DNA of 64,000 bases from assembly GCF_964355755.1 (NCBI RefSeq), contig NC_092679.1, positions 11,515,432 through 11,579,431 of the forward strand, given 5' to 3'. The notes beneath the pieces were generated by a model. That model was not told where the DNA came from and searched no databases. It saw nothing but the letters and a program-made list of their open reading frames with translations. This DNA comes from Antedon mediterranea. Its lineage: Eukaryota; Animalia; Echinodermata. Below, piece by piece: positions 41,901 to 50,879 of the stretch; the first letter of the stretch is position 1, and each line of letters starts with the position of its first letter. The position numbers and the translations under genes were made by a program.

Positions 41901-44900
41901 AGAAGATGCCAATTTAAAACCCATTTCTTTTAGTTTTTCTGTTATCTCTGAATACACCGAACTATTCCGACGGGTACATTACACGGAATCTCTTTGTTGT
42001 TATACAACACACTTCTCGTAGGCGTGTAGAATATGCATGTAATAGCGTGTTGTATAAACGCGCCCTTAGTCTCAATGTTATTGGAAGTAGAAAAGTGAGT
42101 CAAAGAAGCTCTCCAGATGGATTATTAATTCTAATTAAAAGAATTACAGTAGTTACCTTGTGTAGATATTGTGGATGTCGTAATAAGAAAACTTCCAGAC
42201 CTGAGAGATGTTCAGAAAAAGACGAAATAGAAACATCACAAGTATAGCTGTTAATCTAAAAAAACACCAAAAAACAATGGAAATATTGCATTAGAAAACA
42301 CATTTCAACACAAAGAAAGTATGATTGGTAAATTCCTAATCTGGTGTGCTTGAACACATTTTCTGTGTTCGATTTGTGTTGAGTTACAGTAGTAACTCAA
42401 CGAACAAGCTTGTGGAGAATTAAAATGTAAATTAACGATGATCATTCAATTGACAAAATTTAGAAATTCTGTTCAGCACAATATTTCATAATTTATCTAG
42501 GATTCAAATCATTTTCTGTTTTATCTAAATTGAATACACCAATTAAACAATTGACTTTTAAGAATGCATCCGCTTCGATTGAAAATATATGTTTATCTTA
42601 ATTTTTAATCTATTCCAGAATCAGAGCTGTTAAATGGTGTCAACAATGTCAACGATCAGAGCCAAACAAATGTTTAGTTATGTTCCTTCTCTCTCTTGTT
42701 TTTGCTTGTGTTGTTGCTTTGTATTTATGGTACTTTTTTTCTAATGTTTTACTCTTAATTTTATACTGTACATATTTATAATTTTATACTGTTGATGTTT
42801 CTTGACTGCACCACAGACTTTGTGAGTGCTAAACCATGTTTGGAAAATCTGGAAGTATACTCTCTGCCTACCTTGTGGAATAATGCTGTATACTCTTGAA
42901 TATGAAGACTTAAACTTCTCATTCTCATCTTACATTTGCCCAAAAGCCAAGCAACTTGTTTAATCTTATCATCGCTCATTTCAATGTTTGATGAAAATAT
43001 AATAGGATTGTCTGTCTTCTTTTTACCAAATTTTTGCAAACAATGTATATCAACAGGAATATTCTTAAGAGCATTGATTACAATTCTTTCAGCAAGATGT
43101 TCCTTGGCAAGAAGCCAACTAAATGCAAGAAGTAGATCTTGGCTTTCTGTATACTTGTTGAGTGCTACATGGTAACCATACATTTCCATGGTCTCTGTTA
43201 CTAACGCAATTACTTCAGCGGTATTTGGATGTACTTCATTTGGCAACTGATCAGTAGATACCAAAACACACATATCAAACAACAGATTCCAAAGCGGCGT
43301 CACCTAGAGTAGTAAGAAACACATGTTATACATTATCACATGCCTTTTCAGGTTTTAAGATTTCCAAGCAAAAACATTACATTGTAAAGATTATATTATG
43401 TATATCTAATGCCAAACCAATACAATACACTATTTTTGGAGATTAGTTATTTTAGAGGTGTGGTTATGGGTGCAGGTCAAGTCGGCCCCAAACCGTCTCG
43501 GCCAAAGTCAAGTCGGCCCCACGTCAAGTCAGCCCCAAGTCAACTCGGCCTCAAGTCAACTCGGCCTCACATCAACTCGGCCAAAAACTAATCGGTCAAC
43601 TCGGCCACAATAAAGTATGGAACGCAAAAAGTGCTTAATATTATTATGATTATTACTATCCACTCCTTAAAAAAATTAAGAAATAAGAAAATAAAAAAAT
43701 GATATCATTGCCGATATGAATAGAAGTACCCGCGTTTTACAAAAACACGTGCAGGTACCACATTTTAGTAAATCGAAGACCATCATGGAGCTATTATAGC
43801 TCCATGGTTCCACCATTTGGCCATAGAAAAATGATCGTACTGTACATATCGTTTTTGTCCATGATTTGCGTTTTTAAAAAAGGGGAATCCCCCGGTCAGC
43901 GAAAACACGTCGTAGCAGTTGTAGATATCGAAATAGCTGCCAAAAGCACAGGGAGGCGCAGCTACGAATTGGTTTCAGATGTTGTCGCCTAATCAAATGC
44001 ATACACTGAAGAAATCTACGCGTGATTCAACCATAGAGTTAACATTAATTAATACCTCAATGATTCAACCAAACAATCCAACCAAACAATCTTATTACAC
44101 CTAATATATGTCCTCGCATATCGGACATGTTTATTTTGTATATATATTTTGACGCACGAACGAACATACGCGCCCACGTACGTGCATCATCATATAGGTG
44201 TATGCCTACAATGTGTTCCTATTTATTATCCAAATGTTCATATTTTTTGTAATCATTAATAATAGTATGAATGCTAGCTTATTAATCAATTGTTTGTTAT
44301 GCGCAATTTCAGAACAATTTGTGCAATTTGAAATTTTATTAAACGTAAATAAAGAAAAATTGGTGAAATCCTTCTTTTTTTTGTTGCTAAAAGTATTATT
44401 GTCTAAATATTAATATTCATTAAAAGTCAGAATTATTCATAGGTAATAAAATGTGAAGAAATATAATTTTATCAATCCCCTTCCTTTGCACCTTTTGCAT
44501 TCCATACTTTAACGGGGCCGAGTTGACCGATTATTTTTTGGCCGAGTTGACGTGAGGCCGAGTTGACTTGAGGCCGAGTTGACTTGAGGCCGAGTTGACT
44601 TGGGGCCGACTTGACTTGGGGTCGACTTGACTTTGGCCGAGACGGTTTAGGGCCGACTTGGATCGAAATCTTGTCTATCCAGGGGAGTTGTTCTAGATGG
44701 TAGTTCTTCTAGATGGTAGTTGTTCTAGTGGGTAGTTGTTCTAGTGGACAATAATTAATGTCCTAGGGGTAGTTGTTGCAGATGGTAATTGTTCTAGGTA
44801 GGGGGTAGTTGTCCTACTGTAGTGGGTAGTTGTCCTACTGAAGGGGTAGTTGTTGTAAGTAGGGAGTAGTTGTTGTAAGTAGGGAGTAGTTGTTCTACTG

Positions 44901-47900
44901 TAGGGAGTAGTTGTTCTACTGTAGGGAGTAGTTGTTCTACTGTAGGGAGTAGTTGTTGTAAGTAGGGAGTAGTTGTTCTAAGTAGGGGGTAGTTGTTCTA
45001 CTGTAGGGGGTAGTTGTCCTACAGTAGGGGTAGTTGTCCTACAGTAGGGGGTAGTTGTCCTACTGTAGGGGGTGGCTGTCCTACTGTAGGGGGTGGCTGT
45101 CCTACTGTAGGGGGTGGCTGTCCTACTGTAGGGGATAGTTGTCCTACTGTAGGGGATAGTTGTCCTACTGTAGGGAATAGTTGTCCTACTGTAGGGGATA
45201 GTTGTCCTACTGTAATGGGTAGCTGTCCTACTGTAATGGGTAGCTGTCCTACTGTAATGGGTAGCTGTCCTACTGTAATGGGTAGCTGTCCTACTGTAAT
45301 GGGTAGCTGTCCTACTGTACTGGGTAGTTGTCCTACTGTACTGGGTAGTTGTCCTACTGTACTGGGTACAGTAGTTGTCCTACTGTACTGGGTAGTTGTC
45401 CTACTGTACTGGGTAGTTGTCCTACTGTACTGGGTAGTTGTCCTACTGTAGGGGGTAGTTGTCCTACTGTAGGGGGTAGTTGTCCTACTGTATAGGAGGT
45501 AGTTGTCCTACTGTAGGAGGTACTTGTCCTACCGTAGGAGGTAGTTGTCCTACCGTAGGAGGTAGTTGTCCTACCGTAGGGGTAGTTGTCCTACCGTAGG
45601 GGGTAGTTGTCCTACCGTAGGGGGTAGTTGTCCTACCGTAGGGGGTAGTTGTCCTACCGTAGGGGGTAGTTGCCCTACCGTAGGGGGTAGTTGCCCTACC
45701 GTAGGGGGTAGTTGTCCTACCGTAGGGGGTAGTTGTCCTACTGTAGGGGGTAGTTGTCCTACTGTAGGAGGTAGTTGTCCTACTGTAGGGGTAGTTGTCC
45801 TACTGTAGGGGTAGTTGTCCTACTGTAGGTGTAGTTGTCCTACTGTAGGGGTAGTTGTCCTACTGTAGAGGGTAGTTGTCCTACTGTAGGGGGTAGTTGT
45901 CCTACCGTAGGGGGTAGTTTTCCTACTGTAGGGGTAGTTGTCCTACTGTAGGGGGTAGTTGTCTTACTGTAGGTGGTAGTTGTCCTACTGTAGGGGATAG
46001 TTGTCTTACTGTAGGGGTAGTTGTCCTACTGTAGGAGGTAGTTGTCCTACTGTAGGGGATAGTTAGTCCTACTGTAGGGGTAGTAATTGTTCGACATGCA
46101 TCATTTCATGGTTCATCGCTATTTTGATGACCTAAAAAATGGACTTATATTAATTCTAGATTATTAATTAGTCTAAGACAAAAAACTTAAAAGATGGTTA
46201 GGAATCAATTTAGGGGAAGTGGAATGTTAGAGCCTGTCAACATCTGATTACTCTAAGCCCTGGTTCAGACACTTAATTGTTTGTTTGTTTGGTATTGAAA
46301 TTGTATATAAAATGTGGATAAAATAAAATTAGATCTAAGTAAGATAGATGCATGATCTTAGTGTCTAAACACGCACTTCAGACAAAGAATTTATTAGGCC
46401 CTGTTTACATCTCAGTTTTTCCTTTGTATTGAAAAATATAAAATATGCATAAAATCAGAACTAAATTTAAGATAGATGCAAGAGATTGGTGTCAAAACAC
46501 ATGTACTTCAGACAAGGAATTCAGTTTTTGCCTTGTATTGAAATGACAGCTTTGATTTGACAACTGTATTGTCTCTAGTGACATGGTGTATCCTACACGT
46601 TTCTGTCTAATATTATTTGAAGTTCTGTTTAGACATTACAACATAATAAAAGAGTTTCTATACCTTCTTGGTCAGACAAGGAATTCATTAGATACAATAA
46701 ATATGATGTTCATTTTTGGTTAGTCATTTTTCAAAATGGCTGCTAAATGTATCTAAAAAGTGACACAATTATTCAGCTAGATGAATGATCTTGGGCTACT
46801 GTAAGAATCCGTTAGATTTATAATAAATACATTTTAATAGTATTATAATTATATTTAGGCTTATTTTCTGAAATGGCCACCTAATTTTTGTATCTAAAAT
46901 GTGCATAAAATCGAATCTAAATTAAGCTTGATGCATGATTTTTGTGTCTAATCATGTACTTCCAACAAAGTATTTGATTTATAATAAAAACTTTAAATTT
47001 ATAACAACATGAGTTTAGACACCAATATCATTTACCTACAGTAGCTTAATGATTTTTTGAAAAATTAGGCAGCCATTAAAAAAATTAGCAGCCACTAATA
47101 CTCCTAAATACAATAAAGTTTTAACCTAATCATATTTATTATAAATCTAATGGACTCCTCGTCTAAAGTAAACCAAGATCGTGCATCGATCTTATTATTT
47201 AAATCCGACTTTATGCAAATTTAATATAAAATTGGTCGCCATTTTGAAAAATGGCCATCATTTCAATACAAGGTAAAAAATGAAGTGTCAACAGGGCCTA
47301 ATTGATTCCTTGTCTGAAGTACATGTGTTTAGACACCAAGATGGTGTTTATCTACCTTATTTAAATTTGACTTTATGCAAATTTTATATAAAATTGGTCG
47401 CCATTTTGAAAAATGGCCGCTATGTTAATATAAAGCAAAAAATGAAGTGTCAACAGGGCCTATGGATTCCTTACCTGAAGTACATGTGTTTAGACACCAT
47501 GATCATGCATTAATCTTATTTAAATCTGATTTTATGCAAATTTCATATAAAATTGGTGGCCATTTTGAAAAAAAATGACCACCATTTCAAAATTAAAAAG
47601 TCTCCTCTGGTATAATTGATACAGATATCTTTGATATTGATCAAGGAGTAAAACAAGGGTGCGTTTTATCACCTTTTCTTTTAGCATCTAGGCATTAGAG
47701 TAAATGATACATGGATGGGTAGCCTTTTTGGGCTGATGACATTGTATTATTAGCTAATAACAGTGAATAAGAAATGAAAAGAGTGTTAGACCTTGCAGGA
47801 AATTTTGCTAAGGAATGGAAATTATGTTTTTAATTTTGAAAAGTCAAATATACTGATAACTGGTAAACGTGTTGATAAAGTAAGACAATGGAAATTAGGT

Positions 47901-50725
47901 AATGGCTTTATCATATAAATATCTCGGTGTACATATTTCTCGTAAATTAAATGACCATTATACAAATTGAGAATGTTATAAAAAAAGGTCAAAGATAAAT
48001 AGAGTACATTAAATCAATTATCAGTACAGTAGCTTTGATATATATATTATGGGGATACTCTGTGATGAGACGAGTAAACCTTCCTGTGCGCCTGCAGCAC
48101 ATGACTTTGTTTTCAGTGATACAATCCGGGGATTCCCCAAAATAAAACGTAGTGTGTTATTACGGAATAAACATCAAAGCAGTAAAACAGTTGCCTGCCA
48201 AAAGTGGAAATAGTTTAAATTTATATTTTCAATAAGGTTCTCTGTCATTATAATTGCAGTAAAATAAAAAAAAGCAAAAAAAGTCGCTGTCTTATTATAC
48301 AATGGTTTGTAATTAACATCTAGTTAATTTCTACATATACACTTTTGTGGGTAAATTGTATTCTTATATCCATAGCAATATGCTACGGTCGATTCATCTT
48401 TCCTCAATCAACAGTATTATTTTATAATATTGGGTTAAAAAATGTACTGGTAATGGTATTCCACTTGTATTGTAGGCATAGAATTAGAAATAACTAATAA
48501 TAAATACTCTATTACTAATTAAAACTATTTTAACTATTAATTTATTTTTGCGATGGGGCGACTTTGTGTTGGGGCGACTTTGAGATGGGGCGACTGTGTC
48601 AGGCAGCCTTTCCAAGGCAAAACCACGTAACTCGCATTTTTGTCAATTTTGAGATTTTTACATTTAGCGAATTATTACAAATTTATGAACAGTCTGTAAA
48701 AATTTCAGGTTTCAGAGATCATTATTTTTAGAGATAGTACCACGTATCTTTAAGCAAAAAACAAATAATTCTGGTATTTTCCAAGGAAAAACAACGTATC
48801 TACCAGATACGTTGTTCTGCCACGGAAATGCATACGATTTACGCTTCAAATTCTCACAACCAGCTACAGTTACGTAATTTTGAGACAGAAACCGCTGATG
48901 CATGACGACATGCATAGCAACGATCTTAACTAAGTAAAAGATATTAAACAATACTAGCCCTATTTAGGCTAGACAAATAATTTAATGTATTAAAATTTAT
49001 TCTAAGAATTAACTATATTTACGAAAAAGTTCAGGCAAGCTTGAAACTAGGCTAGGCTATTATTTTTGACAGACCTACATAATCTAGCCTAGTACCCCAG
49101 TACTGTCATTGGAACTATAGGCTAGGCCTAGCCTAGTAGTAGGATGGCCGTTTTTACATTGTTTGTACGTAGGCCTTGTAGTAGCAGGCTGGTAGGTAAG
49201 CTATAACATAATAATGCAAGTAAGTCTATACTCTATATCCTAAATAGTAGATCCAAATGGCTAAGCCTAGCTTCAAATGCATTCTTTGTTAAAGATGTAT
49301 TGTCCCTTGAAACACAAAAAATGAAGGTCAAAATATTCTAAATTTTAATTGGCCATATCAAGTCAAAAATTTGAGCCAAAAAAAACAAGTTTACGTAATT
49401 AACAGGTAAATTAATTTTATTGCATTTTTCTTCTGGAAAATCGTCGCGAGCGAAAGCAAACAAAGATTTTAAACCATAAGTATGCATTATGCATATGCTA
49501 ATTAAGATTGTTTACAACTCGTCTCGGTTGAGAAGGTGTTTTCACACAGATCGCGAGGAAGTTTTATGTTTATGCATACAGAGTAGCCAAACAAGCGCAT
49601 TGCATCATGAGATATGTTTTGATCGAAAACTGTGACTGGAAGTCAAAGTTATTTTTTTAACAAAAAAACGTCCGTATTTCAGTTAAATGATTTTTTTTTT
49701 GAATAATTTTTGGTGAAAGTATGATACTTCAAAATTACCTACTTTTTTTCAAAATATTTTAACAAATTTTTTTTGAATTAGTCAAAAAGGGACAATACAT
49801 CTTTAAGCCAACCTAGTTCGTAGGCAGCATAAAAAGAGTTTCAATCCATTTCTTATAAAATTCAGATCACAGTAACTGTTATCTGAATTTTATATATAGT
49901 TGTTTTGCCACAAAATATCACAGTTATGTTGTTTTGCCTCAGAAATGACTTTAATTCTATGCACATCATTTCCAAGGCAAAACAACGTATCTGTTAAAAG
50001 TGGTAATAACTTTTGATCAAGTTCTTTAAATTATTTAACATTTTGTATTTAATAATCAGGGAACATTTTCGCCAGTGTAGCGTAGCAAAAAGCTATACAA
50101 AACAACCTTATTGCTACACATTTTGAAAATTGTGTAGCAAAAAATACAATACAAAACTATGTTTCTGGACTTAAAAATCAGTTTGATTAGCAATAAATGA
50201 AAATTTTCCCTGATAATAATTATTATTTATATTATACTCATTCATGCAAAATTTCACATCATTACGATAATTTGTTGCTGAAATGCAAACACTCAAACTT
50301 CAATTCAATTGTTCTCGAAAATCAACATTTTGTAGTTACGGTACTGTACGTTGTTTTGCCTTGGAACGGCCGCGGGGCGACTTTGTTTTTGGGCGACTTT
50401 GTAAGGGGCGACTTTGCGATGGGGCGACTTGACTAGCATCCCCTATATAGGGCCTAGTAGTAGGGGGTAGTAGGCCTAGTACTAGCCTAGTAGTAGGCTC
50501 TAGACTAGCTAGGGCCTAGGCCTAGTGAGGCCTAGAGTGTAGCAGTCAAAATTTACTCACGGCTTCTTTCTTGTCAAATTTGGCCTGTCTAATAATTTCA
50601 GGTACAACTGAAAATGTACTATCTACTATGTACAGCATTTTACATAATGATTCTATAGACAACCTTACTTTTTGATGGGGTTTTCCACCACCACCACCAC
50701 CAAATTCGACATTCCGCTTAGCCAT
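35906..50725 (-). CDS. TEDC1: Tubulin epsilon and delta complex protein 1 (C14orf80-like), about 445 aa
   Basis: Six exons, all introns phase 0: 50725-50561, 43303-42872, 42255-42157, 38654-38568, 37760-37560, 36259-35906. Motifs recalled from TEDC1: PEIIRQAKFDKKEA|VTPLWNLLF, SQDLLLAFSWLLA, WLLGKCKMRMRSL, HK|INSYT...HLSGLE, LERTNCKLESYLKWKENESVFWSWM, C-terminal coiled coil then IPP. Confidence 0.85.
36790..37416. repeat. 24-bp minisatellite CAACAACAGTCTCTTGAAATGTTC, about 26 near-perfect copies, in TEDC1 intron 5
   Basis: Directly visible, with a single substitution near 36931. Confidence 0.98.
40402..41408 (+). mobile_element. Non-autonomous PIF/Harbinger derivative carrying a broken Myb/SANT-like (trihelix) ORF
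   Basis: TIRs GGGCCTGTTCAGACCTACGGAGTTATGCTTTCGTA / TACGAAAGCATAACTCCGTAGGTCTGAACATACCC. ORF from 40785 reads MSSKRAHWRETEVKYLISLWG..., then after a break YKAAKDRVNKSGAGASTGFEHFSAINDILG. Confidence 0.82.
41536..42065. mobile_element. PIF/Harbinger-type MITE
   Basis: TTA|GGTCGTGTTTATACAACAC ... GTGTTGTATAAACGCGCCC|TTA (3-bp TTA TSD). Confidence 0.8.
43476..44660. mobile_element. Foldback-type element with TIRs built of 15-bp tandem repeats (CAAGTCAACTCGGCC)
   Basis: 43476-43635 is inverse-complementary to 44488-44660, including aaagtatggaa / ttccatacttt and ccgtctcggccaaagtc / gactttggccgagacgg. Confidence 0.88.
44685..46085. repeat. 21-bp G-rich minisatellite GGTAGTTGTCCTACTGTAGGG, about 60-65 copies in variant blocks
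   Basis: Directly visible; it produces the spurious GSCPTVG ORFs. Confidence 0.97.
46240..47600. repeat. Inverted array of ~160-bp subrepeats (foldback-like)
   Basis: Tandem aaattggtcgccattttgaaaa units at ~47229, 47391 and 47550. Reverse-complement degenerate copies lie at 46300-46980 (acatgtacttcagacaaggaat / attccttgtctgaagtacatgt). Confidence 0.75.
47610..48000 (+). mobile_element. Decayed LINE RT core fragment
   Basis: DIFDIDQGVKQGCVLSPFLF, WADDIVLLAN, FAKEWKLCF and KYLGVHIS across frameshifts. Confidence 0.8.
48603..50373. mobile_element. Non-autonomous TIR element hosting Kolobok copy 2, itself inserted in a GGGGCGACTTTG repeat arm
   Basis: TIRs GCAGCCTTTCCAAGGCAAAACCACGTA / TACGTTGTTTTGCCTTGGAACGGCCGC. 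GGGGCGACTTTG repeats flank both sides (48555-48600, 50374-50432). Confidence 0.78.
49293..49802. mobile_element. Kolobok-like MITE, copy 2
   Basis: Same TIRs and TTAA TSD; internal sequence is colinear with 27860-28377. Confidence 0.88.
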
Positions 50726-50879
50726 TGTTTGGGCTTGTGTCAAGCTAGCCGACAATAAGCCAGCCGACAATAAGCCAGCCCACTTTTATTTTTTCCAGCC
50801 GACAATAACTATGAAACGCCGTTTGTGTATTTTTTACATTTTCAGTATTGCTTAAGGTTTTTATAGTATTAGAAATTCA

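Noticed and set aside
45014-45808. GSCPTVG repeat proteins (antifreeze-like)
   Set aside because: They derive from the 21-bp minisatellite, are broken by 20-bp units and lack splice or start context.
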